In this document: positions 45,275 to 54,785 of the stretch, one piece after another
Numbering within the stretch: the stretch's first letter is position 1
Layout of the letters: each line of letters starts with the position of its first letter
NCBI GenBank assembly: GCA_902406375.1
Contig: CABPDL010000003.1
Coordinates: forward strand, 12,125-76,124
Reading direction: 5' to 3'
From: an uncultured Collinsella sp.
GTDB lineage: Bacteria > Actinomycetota > Coriobacteriia > Coriobacteriales > Coriobacteriaceae
DNA: 64,000 nucleotides
Program-made: the position numbers and the translations under genes
Notes under the pieces: model-generated
What the model saw: the letters and a program-made list of their open reading frames with translations, nothing else
Databases searched by the model: none
What the model was told of the DNA's origin: nothing

Positions 45275-48085
45275 TTGCATGTGAGAGCTTCCGCTGTCCT
45301 TCGTTCAGTTATATATCGCACCCTGGCCGTCGCGCTTGCCGCGCTCGCCGTACTGAGCACCATCATGCCCGCCCCCGCCTTTGCCGCCGGCTCCGATCAA
45401 CAGGTCAAAACGGTCCGCGTTGGTTGGCTCGTCAACAACGAGGGCTTCCAGGACGGCACCCCCGGCGAGCGTCTATCGGGATGGGGTTACGAGTGCCTCC
45501 AGACCCTGTCGTACTACACGCCCGGCTGGCGGTACGAATACGTCTCCGGCACCTTCACCGAGCTTATGGACATGCTCGAGGCAGGCGAAATCGACCTCAT
45601 GCCCAACATCTCCTACTCCGAGGAACGCACCCAAAAGCTGCTCTTTTCCTCGAACCCCGAGGGCACCGAGCGCTACTACATCTACGCCAAGCCCGATCGC
45701 GACGACCTGGCCAAGGGTGACCCCCAAGCGCTCCAGGGCCTTACCATCGGTTGCAACTCCGGTGTTATGCAAACCTTCGTTGGCCAGCAGTGGCTCGCCA
45801 ACGAAGGAATCACCTGCACATACAGGGAGTATGACGGAGGCTCCATGCTCTTTGACGCACTCGCAAACGACGAAGTCGACGCCGTCATCATGAACGACAC
45901 CATCTCGTCGCCCGATGCGTCGCCCATGTTCTACGTTGGCTCGAGTGACTACTATTTTGCCGTCCCCAAAAGCCGCCCCGACCTGATGAACGACATCAAT
46001 GCTGCCATGACGGCAATCGCCCGCGTCAACCCACGCTATAACGACGAAGTCAAATCTAACTACTCGACCCAAAACAGCGGTTCATCATCGCTCAACGGCC
46101 CCGAACGTTCCTGGCTCAAAGCAAATGACAACACCATCACACTCGGCTACATTACGGGCAAACTCCCCTACTGCAACGAAGACGAAGACGGCAAAATGGA
46201 AGGCTCGCTCGCATCGCTTGCGACAACGTTGCACGATAAATTTGGCATTACGGTCAAAACCGTCGCCTTTGATAGCTACAAGATGATGTCAAAGGCCCTG
46301 TCAAAGGGAAGCATAGACGTTGCGCTGCCGGTATACCGAGATTACTGGTTTGCCGAGCAAACAGGCGTTGTGCAGTCGATATCGTTGGGGACCATATCCC
46401 TCACCGCCATCTACACCGGCAGCAACCTGAACAAAGACCTTCAGAACATCGCCTGTACCAAATCATCGTTTGTCAACAAAAATGCACTTGAAAGCCTGTT
46501 CCCCACAGCGACCGTAACCGAATACCAATCCGACGATGAAGCGTTCGACGCCCTCAGGAAGGGAACGGCGCACTGCATCGTCGCTCCCAGTTCACGCGTA
46601 AAAACCATCGGTGACCGTTACGATCTCGAGGACTGCGAGACGGTCGAGCTCCCTGACACCTGTGAGCTCTCGTGCTGGATTTCGCGCGGAAAGCCCGAGC
46701 TGCTGGGAATCATCAACAAGGGCATCATCAATGCCGGAGAATCGCTCTCCGCAAGCAATTTCTCCTCCACGTCGTACACGGCCCAGGAATCCAACACGCT
46801 TCAATTCCTTTATCGCAACCGCACCGCCATTGCAGCTACCCTCATCGGTATGTTGTCGGTCGGCATCGTCCTGCTCATCTGGGCGCTCGTGCGCGCTCGA
46901 ACCGAGCGCAAAAAAGCCGATGCCGCCAACGCCGCTAAGACGGCATTCCTCACGCGCATGAGCCACGACATCCGTACGCCACTCAACGGCATCCTGGGTC
47001 TTATCGAAATTGAGGAATTGAAAGACGGCGACATGCAGGCCGCCCGCGAAAGCCGCGCCAAGGCGCGTGTTGCCGCCAATCACCTACTCTCGCTGATCAA
47101 CGACATCCTCGAGATGGGCAAAATCGAATACCGCAAGCTAACTCTGGAACATGCGCCTTTTAACCTCAAAGAGCTCTGTGACGATACGCTGGTGCTGTGC
47201 AAGCTCCGCGCATCCGATAACGGCATCACAATGCAGGACAATAGTCTGCCGTACGCCACGGGGCCATACATGATCGGCAGTCCCACCCATATCCGACAGA
47301 TCATAATCAACCTGTTAGACAACAGCATTAAGTACAACAAGCGCGGCGGCTCCGTCACCTTTAGTTCAAAGACCAAGCCACTCGATGATGGGCGCGCGCT
47401 CTTTTGCTTTAGCGTTTCGGATACCGGCATTGGCATGGCTCCCGAGTTTTTAAAGCATATCTATGAACCGTTTGCCCAAGAAGGTGACGATGCGCGCAGC
47501 AAGTTCCAAGGAACCGGCATGGGCATGCCAATCGTCAAGTCGCTTATTGAACTGATGGGCGGTACGATTGAGATTTCGAGTGAGGTTGGCGTGGGGAGTA
47601 CGTTCAACGTCCAGATTCCGCTCGATATCGACAAGAACCCTCAGGCGCGGGCAGATACGGTCGAGGGGGTGCTCGACTGCTCGCTCGCCGACATGAACGT
47701 GTTGCTCGCCGAAGACAACGAATTGAATGCCGAGATTGCCCAGACGCTGCTAGAATCCGAGGGCGTCGTGGTCACCCGCGCCGCCAATGGCAACGAAGTC
47801 GTCGATCTGTACCCGTCACATCCCGCCGGCAGCTTCGATGCGATTCTGATGGACATCATGATGCCGGGCATGGACGGCTATGAGGCAACCCGCGCGATTC
47901 GTCTGAGCGAGAAGGTCGATGCAGCCGATATCCCCATCATCGCGCTCACCGCCAACGCCTTTGCCGAGGACGCCAAGGCGGCACACGATGCCGGCATGAA
48001 CGCCCATCTGTCCAAACCGCTCGACTTTAACAAGCTCAAAAACATACTCGCCCGCATCAAGAAAAACGGATCCGTTTCGCTATAG
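45275..48085 (+). CDS. Hybrid sensor histidine kinase/response regulator with two periplasmic solute-binding (SBP family 3) domains
   Basis: Signal/TM LAVALAALAVLSTIMPAPAFA and two SBP_bac_3-like modules, then a TM helix. H-box SHDIRTPLNGILG, N-box LLDNSIKYN, G-boxes DTGIGM and GTGMGMP. C-terminal receiver LLAEDNELN...DAILMDIMMPGMDG...LSKP. The start is TTG 45275 or GTG 45281. Confidence 0.85.
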   Translation: MHVRASAVLRSVIYRTLAVALAALAVLSTIMPAPAFAAGSDQQVKTVRVGWLVNNEGFQDGTPGERLSGWGYECLQTLSYYTPGWRYEYVSGTFTELMDMLEAGEIDLMPNISYSEERTQKLLFSSNPEGTERYYIYAKPDRDDLAKGDPQALQGLTIGCNSGVMQTFVGQQWLANEGITCTYREYDGGSMLFDALANDEVDAVIMNDTISSPDASPMFYVGSSDYYFAVPKSRPDLMNDINAAMTAIARVNPRYNDEVKSNYSTQNSGSSSLNGPERSWLKANDNTITLGYITGKLPYCNEDEDGKMEGSLASLATTLHDKFGITVKTVAFDSYKMMSKALSKGSIDVALPVYRDYWFAEQTGVVQSISLGTISLTAIYTGSNLNKDLQNIACTKSSFVNKNALESLFPTATVTEYQSDDEAFDALRKGTAHCIVAPSSRVKTIGDRYDLEDCETVELPDTCELSCWISRGKPELLGIINKGIINAGESLSASNFSSTSYTAQESNTLQFLYRNRTAIAATLIGMLSVGIVLLIWALVRARTERKKADAANAAKTAFLTRMSHDIRTPLNGILGLIEIEELKDGDMQAARESRAKARVAANHLLSLINDILEMGKIEYRKLTLEHAPFNLKELCDDTLVLCKLRASDNGITMQDNSLPYATGPYMIGSPTHIRQIIINLLDNSIKYNKRGGSVTFSSKTKPLDDGRALFCFSVSDTGIGMAPEFLKHIYEPFAQEGDDARSKFQGTGMGMPIVKSLIELMGGTIEISSEVGVGSTFNVQIPLDIDKNPQARADTVEGVLDCSLADMNVLLAEDNELNAEIAQTLLESEGVVVTRAANGNEVVDLYPSHPAGSFDAILMDIMMPGMDGYEATRAIRLSEKVDAADIPIIALTANAFAEDAKAAHDAGMNAHLSKPLDFNKLKNILARIKKNGSVSL

Positions 48086-48127
48086 TTTGTGCTCAACCAC
48101 CACGCACGACCAGAAAGGAAACCAACG

Positions 48128-48607
48128 ATGTTTAGGCCCTTACGTCGAAAGAAACGCGCCATCACTGACGAGGAAGCGCGCGAACTGCTCGCTACCTGCA
48201 AGCGCGGCGTCTTTGCCGTCAACGGCGACGATGGCTACCCGTACGCCATTCCCGTCAACTACTTCTTTGACGCCGAGCACGACAAGATTTATTTCCATGG
48301 CGCCAAGGCTGGCCACAAGGTCGACGCACTCAAGCGCGATGACAAGGTCTGCTTTACCGTTTACGGCAACGAGTGGTACCAGGACGGTGACTGGGCTCCA
48401 TACGTTATGAGTACCGTGGTCTTTGGCCGCTGTCGCCTGGCAAATGACACTCCCGCGTTTATCGAGGACAAAGTCCGCCGGCTCGCGCTTAAGTACTACC
48501 CTTCTGCCGAGGAAGTCGAAGAGGAAATCGCCAAAGACATCAAGGGCGTCCAGCTCTACGAGATTACGATTGAGCATCTCTGCGGCAAGCAGATTCAAGA
48601 AAAGTAA
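48128..48607 (+). CDS. Pyridoxamine-5'-phosphate-oxidase-fold protein of the Nim (5-nitroimidazole reductase-like) family
   Basis: MFRPLRRKKRAITDEEARELL...GVFAVNGDDGYPYAIPVNYFFD...KIYFHGAKAGHKVDAL closely follows the NimA N-terminus as I recall it (MFREMRRKRQ...GDDGYPYAVP.SYVY...FH.A.SGHK.DAI). Confidence 0.75.
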   Translation: MFRPLRRKKRAITDEEARELLATCKRGVFAVNGDDGYPYAIPVNYFFDAEHDKIYFHGAKAGHKVDALKRDDKVCFTVYGNEWYQDGDWAPYVMSTVVFGRCRLANDTPAFIEDKVRRLALKYYPSAEEVEEEIAKDIKGVQLYEITIEHLCGKQIQEK

Positions 48608-48650
48608 GCCTCTCAGCAGGTCTGCGCCCAATTGCTACAGATGCTTTACC

Positions 48651-48690
48651 ATGTGGGGCCTTCTAGCCAACTTGGCAGAAGGCCCCACAT
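48651..48690. terminator. Bidirectional hairpin terminator between convergent genes
   Basis: ATGTGGGGCCTTCT (48651-48664) / AGAAGGCCCCACAT (48677-48690). Confidence 0.7.
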
Positions 48691-48701
48691 GCAGCGCACG
48701 C

Positions 48702-49916
48702 TTACCGTGCATTAAAAACGTAGCGGTCCAGGCGGTCGCACGCTTCCCTCACGCGCGAAAGCGGCAGCGCCAGATTCACGCGAATGTGGCAGGGCCCGTG
48801 GAACGGACGGCCGTCCTGATATCCCACGCCCACGCGCGCCCCCTCGTCGAGCAACCACTGAATATCGCGGCCATGCTCGCGGCACCACTCGGTACAGTCC
48901 AGAAACACCATGTACGTGCCCTGCGGACGTGAGCAGGACACGCCCTCAAAATGCTCGTCCACGTAATTGCAGAAGTACTCGATATTACCGGCAAGCACCT
49001 GGTTGAGCTCGTCCACCCACTCGTAGCCTTGCGGCTGGTAAGCACCGATAAGCGCATGCATGGAGAGGACATTCATCTCGTTATAGTGGGTCTTGTTGGA
49101 CACGGCGCACATGCGGTCACGCAGCGTCTCGTTGTAGACAATGTGGTAGCTGCCGACCAAGCCCGCCAGGTTGAACGTCTTGCTGGGCGCGTAGAGGGCA
49201 ACCGTGCGCATGCGGGCATCCTCGCTCACCGACTGCGTCGGGATATGCTTGTGACCCGGCAGGATGATATCGGACCAAATCTCATCCGAGATCACCACGC
49301 AATCGTGCTGGCGATAGATGTCCATGGCGTGCTCGATCTCGTCGCGCTCCCATACGCGGCCGCGGGGATTGTGCGGCGAGCAGAACACCGCGGCATGGAT
49401 GTGGTTTTGGACGAGCTTGTGCTCCATGTCCTCAAAGTCCATACGCCACACGCCTTGATCGTCGAGCTTAAGCGGGCTGTGGACAATACGATAGCCCGCG
49501 GCTTCGATGGATTTGGTAAAGCCGATGTAGGTGGGGCTATGGACCAGCACCGCATCGCCCGGCTGGACATACGCGCGCAACGTCGACACGACACCGCCCA
49601 GCACGCCGTTTTCGTAGCCGATATGCTCCGGTGCCAAGCCCTCAACGCCATTGCGGCGCCTCTGCCATTCGATGATGCGATCGAAGTACTCGGGACGCGG
49701 ATTGAAGTAGCCAAACATGGGGTGCTGAGCGCGCTTGATGATGTACTCCTGAACCGTGGGCACCGTGGCAAAATTCATGTCGGCCACCCACATGGGAATG
49801 CGGTCGAAGCCCTCGTCGGGTGCGTTCGGAGCCATGCCGGGGATCTCGCCCCAGGAGTCAACGGCGATGGAGTCCATGCCGTGGCGGTCGATAAGCGAGC
49901 TAAAGTCGTATTTCAT
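48702..49916 (-). CDS. MalY/PatB-family PLP-dependent C-S lyase (cystathionine beta-lyase-like aminotransferase class I/II)
   Basis: MKYDFSSLIDRHGMDSIAVD...MWVADMNFATVP... is the typical PatB/MalY N-terminus. 404 aa. Confidence 0.85.
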   Translation of the reverse strand: MKYDFSSLIDRHGMDSIAVDSWGEIPGMAPNAPDEGFDRIPMWVADMNFATVPTVQEYIIKRAQHPMFGYFNPRPEYFDRIIEWQRRRNGVEGLAPEHIGYENGVLGGVVSTLRAYVQPGDAVLVHSPTYIGFTKSIEAAGYRIVHSPLKLDDQGVWRMDFEDMEHKLVQNHIHAAVFCSPHNPRGRVWERDEIEHAMDIYRQHDCVVISDEIWSDIILPGHKHIPTQSVSEDARMRTVALYAPSKTFNLAGLVGSYHIVYNETLRDRMCAVSNKTHYNEMNVLSMHALIGAYQPQGYEWVDELNQVLAGNIEYFCNYVDEHFEGVSCSRPQGTYMVFLDCTEWCREHGRDIQWLLDEGARVGVGYQDGRPFHGPCHIRVNLALPLSRVREACDRLDRYVFNAR

Positions 49917-50028
49917 GTTGAACTCCCGTGCAAAGTTGATTGTTTTGGTAGGCGTTATTGTCCACCAGCGTGGGCGGTTTTGGCATGGGGTTTGCTGTTG
50001 ATTTTGACGGATACGGGCGGATGGCAGA

Positions 50029-50775
50029 TTAGTCTTGAGCGTCGTTGATGGCGGTTACCGTCAACCCGGCTCCGTCGACCGTAAACGATATGTCGAGCCC
50101 GGCGTAAGCCAAATGGTAAACGCGGTTTGGCTCGTGCTTGCTGCCCGCGCGGCGCGGATCTTGGCGAAGAACCTCGACCAAGCCAGGGAGCTTTGCGGGC
50201 GAGACCATATCCTGCAGCGCATGCGGAAACTCTACGTCGAGCTCTTGCCACGGCGCGTCTTCAATCCAGCCGCCCGTCGCATCCGGGTGGCAGTCCGCAA
50301 ATGGAATGTAGGGCTTAATGTCGTAGATGGGCGTGCCGTCGCGCAGATCGGCCCCCAGCACATGGATGATGGGGCCATCGTCGGTGAGCTCGACACGATC
50401 GAGCTTGACGCAGGTAAGCCCGATGGGATTAGGGCGAAACGGACTGCGCGTGGCAAACACGCCCACGCGCTCGGCTCCACCCAGACGCGGCGGGCGCACA
50501 GTTTTCGACCACTTGGCATTGGTGCCGGACCTGTCCTGCGTCTTGGCATCGGTAGCTATGTCCTTAGCCGTGCCGCCGGGCGTTCCGTTTTCAAAGCGCC
50601 ACAGCAGCCACAGGTGAGAGAAGGAGTCTAGACCCTCAACCGCTGCATTGGAGGCAAATTCCGGCTCAAAAACGATGCGTCCCTGCAGATGGGGCGCCAA
50701 AAAGCTGTTGCGCGGAATGCCGAACTTCTGCGGCAGGTCGGTATGTATGTGTGCGATAGGTTCCATGCCGGTCAT
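50029..50775 (-). CDS. trmO: tRNA (N6-threonylcarbamoyladenosine(37)-N6)-methyltransferase TrmO (YaeB/TsaA family)
   Basis: ...IAHIHTDLPQKFGIPRN...SHLWLLW.F...VGVFATRSPFRPNPIGLT.VKL...LDGTPIYDIKPYIP... Only the C-terminal 248 codons of the 532-aa track ORF are real. The start is ATG 50775 or 50766. Confidence 0.85.
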   Translation of the reverse strand: MTGMEPIAHIHTDLPQKFGIPRNSFLAPHLQGRIVFEPEFASNAAVEGLDSFSHLWLLWRFENGTPGGTAKDIATDAKTQDRSGTNAKWSKTVRPPRLGGAERVGVFATRSPFRPNPIGLTCVKLDRVELTDDGPIIHVLGADLRDGTPIYDIKPYIPFADCHPDATGGWIEDAPWQELDVEFPHALQDMVSPAKLPGLVEVLRQDPRRAGSKHEPNRVYHLAYAGLDISFTVDGAGLTVTAINDAQD

Positions 50776-50907
50776 TGTACGGCATGGAGGTGTGGGGCGT
50801 TGCGTGCAATTCTTCGCCGCGGTCCCCCGTCGTGCAACCAACGGTTGTTTGGAAGGGCGCCTGCTGCCGCGTATGCTTAAGCCATCAACCAGCAGAAAGG
50901 AGCCGTT

Positions 50908-51735
50908 ATGGCCTTTGCAGAAAAGCTCATTGCTGTCCGTCGCGCCCATCACCTTACCCAAGAGCAACTCGCCGCCAAGCTCTTCGTCACACGCCAAGCC
51001 ATCAGTCGTTGGGAGCGCGGCGAGGTCACACCGGGCATCGACATGATGAAGCTCATTGCCGCCGTGACCGGCGAGCCCCTGTCTCATCTGCTCGAAATGC
51101 CCGAGCACTATTGCCAGAGCTGCGGCATGATACTCACGCCCGACGACTGCGGTACCGATGCCCACGGCGCCACGACCGACCATTACTGCAAGTGGTGCTA
51201 CGACCACGGGCAGTACACCTACGAGACCACGATGGAGGCAATGATCGAGGACTGCGCTCCGCGTCTGGCGCAAAACACCGGCATGTCGCTCGACGAAGCC
51301 GTCTCGCTCATGGGCGCCGTCCTGCCGCAACTGGAGCGCTGGCGCACCGTGCAGGAAAACGAGGAACGCTACGGCGCCGAGGCTCGGGCGCGCTATGGCG
51401 ATGAGGCTATCGATGCAGCAAACGAAGCGCTGCTGGACATGGATCCTCAGACATGGAACGACATGAAGGAACTTGAACGCGCTATTCTGGGCCAGCTCTC
51501 GATTGCCATGGGCGACGGCGATGCGGATGGAAGCGAGGCTCGCAAGCTCGTCGCGATGCATCGTCGTTGGATTGGTCTCAACTGGGGACGCGAACCCCAG
51601 AACGAAGCGTACCTGGGCCTCGCCCACGACTATCTTGCCGACCAGCGCTTTGCTGACTACTACGACAAGCCCTGCGGCACCGGAGCCACGGCGTTTCTGG
51701 TGCAGGCCATCGAGTCGTCGTTGACGCGCGCATAG
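50908..51735 (+). CDS. XRE-family HTH regulator fused to a zinc-ribbon and a TipAS-like antibiotic-recognition domain
   Basis: ATG after AAAGGAG. HTH LTQEQLAAKLFVTRQAISRWERGE, zinc ribbon YCQSCGM...DHYCKWCY. The C-terminal part (...RYGDEAIDAANE...MHRRWI...YLGLAHDYLADQRFADYYD...) resembles the TipAS / MerR C-terminal effector domain. Confidence 0.65.
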   Translation: MAFAEKLIAVRRAHHLTQEQLAAKLFVTRQAISRWERGEVTPGIDMMKLIAAVTGEPLSHLLEMPEHYCQSCGMILTPDDCGTDAHGATTDHYCKWCYDHGQYTYETTMEAMIEDCAPRLAQNTGMSLDEAVSLMGAVLPQLERWRTVQENEERYGAEARARYGDEAIDAANEALLDMDPQTWNDMKELERAILGQLSIAMGDGDADGSEARKLVAMHRRWIGLNWGREPQNEAYLGLAHDYLADQRFADYYDKPCGTGATAFLVQAIESSLTRA

Positions 51736-51786
51736 ACCGCGGCAGCTTTGGGTATTTCAATCAAAACCTCAACCGATTGGAGACCT

Positions 51787-52032
51787 ATGGCTACTGATCA
51801 CGAGCTCGTGCTATTCGTTATGACCGGCTGCCCGTATTGCATAAAGGTCAAGCGCTTTTTGGCCGATAACGGCGTGACCATCCCTGAGCGCAACATCTCG
51901 ACCGACCCCGATGCCGAGCAGACGCTCATCGCCGTCGGCGGAAAACGCCAGGTTCCCTGCCTGTTCATCGACGGCAAACCGCTTTATGAGTCGAGCGACA
52001 TCATCGCGTGGGTGCAGGAAAACCTACTCTAG
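51787..52032 (+). CDS. Glutaredoxin-family protein
   Basis: Active site CPYC in LVLFVMTGCPYCIKVKRFL, plus ...RQVPCLFIDGKPL..SSDI... Confidence 0.8.
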   Translation: MATDHELVLFVMTGCPYCIKVKRFLADNGVTIPERNISTDPDAEQTLIAVGGKRQVPCLFIDGKPLYESSDIIAWVQENLL

Positions 52033-52085
52033 CACGCGCATCCCGTCCGTCCAAGACCCCAACCCATACGGCCCAAACATGTACA

Positions 52086-52128
52086 CCAGCATCCAAAGTC
52101 GACATTTTTCGACATCTTTGGATGCTGG
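52086..52128 (+). terminator. Long hairpin downstream of the glutaredoxin gene
   Basis: CCAGCATCCAAAG (52086-52098) / CTTTGGATGCTGG (52116-52128), a 13-bp stem. Confidence 0.5.
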
Positions 52129-52146
52129 CCTACAGCTTTTTGTGGG

Positions 52147-52204
52147 TAGTCATCGGGGACGTTCTTAAATGACTAGTCGTTAAAAAACGTCCCCAATGAC
52201 TAGC
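52147..52204. repeat. Palindromic element, copy 2 (TAGTCATCGGGGACGTTCT ... ACGTCCCCAATGACTA), abutting the dus stop codon
   Basis: Arms homologous to 31360-31419, with a different loop. The right arm runs into TAG (52204-52206, minus strand). Confidence 0.7.
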
Positions 52205-53160
52205 TAGCTGTGGAAGCGGGCTATGGGCGCAAGTGGCTGCTCGCGAAAGACGCGATCGACGGCGGCGCGGTATTCGTCGACCTTTTTAGTCTTGCGCACG
52301 AGCTTGTGGACGGTAGCGGGGTCGGCGAAGGCGCATTTGGCGTAGAACCACCACTCCTTCATGCGAAAGACCGCATTACCGCCAATCTCTTCTGCATATG
52401 CCGCAAACAGCGTGTCGTGGAAGCGCTGCAGCTCAGCAGCCGTTGCAGCAGGGCCGCCCTTGACCATGCGAGCCAGCGCGGGGTTCGCAAGCAAGCCACG
52501 CCCCAGCATCACATGGCGTGTACCGGGATAGGCCTCAACCAGCGCGTCCATATCCTCAAGATCAAAAATGTCACCGTTATAGGCGACCGGAAACGGCGCG
52601 CGCTCCAGCGTCTCGCCATAAAACTCCTTGCGCGGCGTGCCCGTATAGCGGTCCTTTTGTACGCGCGGGTGCACGATCAGCTCTGCCAACGGTATGCGGC
52701 AATACAGATCGAGCACGCGCTCGTATTCGTCGTCACTCTCCAGCCCCAGCCTGGTCTTGACCGATACCGGCAACGGCGAGCGTTCGCACACGTCGCTCAA
52801 GAACACCTCAAGTTCGTCGAGATTACGCAAGAAACCCGAGCCCTTGCCCTTGGCGACAACCGTCCCCGAGGGGCAACCCAAGTTGAGATTGACCTCGCGA
52901 TAGCCCATGTCGGCGAGCACCTGTGCCGCCCACACAAACTCGTCCGCGTTCTTGGACATCAGCTGAGGCACTACGTTAAGCCCCTGGTTATTGGCAGGAT
53001 CGATCTCCTTAAACGCCTTGCCGCCAAAGCGGTTGCCCACCCGCGGCGGCGGCAAAAACGGCGTGTAATAGCAATCGAGTGCGCCGAAGCACTCCGCATG
53101 CACGCGACGGAACACATGCCCGGTAATCCCCTCCATGGGGGCCAACGATAGAATCATCAA
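52204..53160 (-). CDS. tRNA-dihydrouridine synthase (Dus family)
   Basis: LAPMEGITGHVFR..., ...VNLNLGCPSG... and the TIM-barrel layout. Confidence 0.85.
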   Translation of the reverse strand: MMILSLAPMEGITGHVFRRVHAECFGALDCYYTPFLPPPRVGNRFGGKAFKEIDPANNQGLNVVPQLMSKNADEFVWAAQVLADMGYREVNLNLGCPSGTVVAKGKGSGFLRNLDELEVFLSDVCERSPLPVSVKTRLGLESDDEYERVLDLYCRIPLAELIVHPRVQKDRYTGTPRKEFYGETLERAPFPVAYNGDIFDLEDMDALVEAYPGTRHVMLGRGLLANPALARMVKGGPAATAAELQRFHDTLFAAYAEEIGGNAVFRMKEWWFYAKCAFADPATVHKLVRKTKKVDEYRAAVDRVFREQPLAPIARFHS

Positions 53161-53181
53161 TATCTACCCTCAGATCAATGC

Positions 53182-53207
53182 GGCAAAGGGACTGCCCCTT
53201 TGTCACA
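53182..53207. repeat. Palindromic repeat family copy 4
   Basis: GGCAAAGGGACTGCCCCTTTGTCACA. Confidence 0.5.
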
Positions 53208-53409
53208 TGCATTATGCCTTGTCCTTGAGGTGGCCCACAAGGCGGAGGCAGTTACTTGACGCCAACCAGCCCTCCAACCATCCCTGCGCAACGAAGGTGA
53301 ACGGTGTCCACGAACAGCAAGTAGGGCCGCCCCGCAGCAGCTCCCCCACTCATCTATACTCAAGAGCGTGTGCACATCGCCCCCGAAAAACGATAAGAGT
53401 CGAGGCCCC

Positions 53410-54543
53410 ATGCAGCAGCTCACCGAGCAAGAAAAGAAACGTATCCAGCGGTACTGCACATACCCCAAAATCGCAGCGACCGCACTCGTCATGTCGTTCG
53501 TAGCATGCCTGTTGATGTTGCCGCTCCAAATGGTCAACGATATCGCGTTCCACCAAAAGGAATTCCTACCCGCGGGCATATATACCGCCATCGCACTCAC
53601 CGTAATCGAACTCGCCATCTTTTGCTATTGCGCTCTTGCGCCGCGCTTTGGAATGCAGGGCAAACAGTGGAAGGAACTGCAGAGCAGGCTTGCGGTGGCC
53701 CAGACCAACAAGGACCATTCCGCGGAGGTCGCCGGCGTGCTTGCCACGCAAGCTGCCGGCCGCCTGCTCAAGAACAGCGATAACGATCTCGCGCGCAACC
53801 TGGGCGGTGCCGCCGAGGTTGCCAGCGCCGTAGGGGCAGTCGCCACGGCGGCAGACGTGCTGGCCGAGACCTCGAGCAATGCCGAGGCCATGGCAAACGC
53901 ATACGGCGTGACGATTCCAAACGTCAATAAGCAGATCATAGCTCTCGCAGTGTTGCCCGCCATTGTGCTGCTTGGCGTCTACATCCCGCAGTTTGTCCAG
54001 GGAAATAACGAGCTTCAGGCAAGAAAGGCTGCAGCCGCCGAGCAGCTCGCCATCGCGCAAGATGCCTTGGAGCCCGCGTGCGAACGCGTCGCGGCAGACG
54101 ACCCATACGAGTCGTATCACGACTACGGCTACCGCATTATCGGCTATCTGCGCGATAATGACCTCGGCGCTCAAGCAGCCTATGTCTACCTTTCTTTCGA
54201 TGCAGATGGCATGCTCACGGACGTCGATTACGTCAGTCAGATCGACCCCGAGGCAAGCCTCGCAGACAACCTCGCCCGCGCCGAGCAGGATATCGCGACG
54301 CTCTGCGCCCCGCTCAACGGGTTGGACATTTCCGTTGCCACACCGGGCCTCCTCACGCCATGCAGCCTGTCGGATGAATTTAAACAGACATTTTTAGCTG
54401 GCTCCCTATATGAAGAAATCAGCATCAAGACGGAGGACGAATCTATCAAGTCGTACTACACCTTTGACACCGAGGCCGCAGAAGAATTCGACGAATACAC
54501 CCATCCGGAAATTAGGCTCATGCTCTCTGCAAAGAAGAACTAA
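53410..54543 (+). CDS. Hypothetical membrane protein (no family recognised)
   Basis: Two N-terminal TM helices (IAATALVMSFVACLLMLPL, IYTAIALTVIELAIFCYCAL), a third (IIALAVLPAIVLLGVYIP), then a soluble acidic C-terminal domain. The start is ATG 53410, or alternatively GTG 53368. Confidence 0.55.
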   Translation: MQQLTEQEKKRIQRYCTYPKIAATALVMSFVACLLMLPLQMVNDIAFHQKEFLPAGIYTAIALTVIELAIFCYCALAPRFGMQGKQWKELQSRLAVAQTNKDHSAEVAGVLATQAAGRLLKNSDNDLARNLGGAAEVASAVGAVATAADVLAETSSNAEAMANAYGVTIPNVNKQIIALAVLPAIVLLGVYIPQFVQGNNELQARKAAAAEQLAIAQDALEPACERVAADDPYESYHDYGYRIIGYLRDNDLGAQAAYVYLSFDADGMLTDVDYVSQIDPEASLADNLARAEQDIATLCAPLNGLDISVATPGLLTPCSLSDEFKQTFLAGSLYEEISIKTEDESIKSYYTFDTEAAEEFDEYTHPEIRLMLSAKKN

Positions 54544-54589
54544 AGGCTTTCGATCTAATTGCCGCTCGCGAACATCGTCTATATCTCGA

Positions 54590-54765
54590 GGTCTAATACT
54601 TTTCCGAGAAGTGAACGACCGTATTTGGACCCCCGAAGCATCAACATTTTCAGACGCCAAAACCGCAGGATTCAACAATCAAAACCACAGGAAATTGCAT
54701 CTCAAAAGTGTCGACGCTCCGGGGGTCCATTTTGACTCGTTCACTTCTCAGAAAAGTATTAGACC
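54590..54765. repeat. 176-bp element with ~50-bp imperfect terminal inverted repeats (MITE-like or long-hairpin RNA)
   Basis: Left arm 54590-54639 is ggtctaatacttttccgagaagtgaacgaccgtatttggacccccgaagc. The reverse complement of 54716-54765 is ggtctaatacttttctgagaagtgaacgagtcaaaatggacccccggagc. Confidence 0.75.
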
Positions 54766-54785
54766 CCAATTTCGCGAGGGCCCAA

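Noticed and set aside
50776-51627. N-terminal 284 residues of the 532-aa ORF 50029-51627(-).
   Set aside because: Only the last 248 codons match TrmO. The upstream part is antisense to the well-supported XRE/TipAS gene (50908-51735), which has an AAAGGAG RBS.
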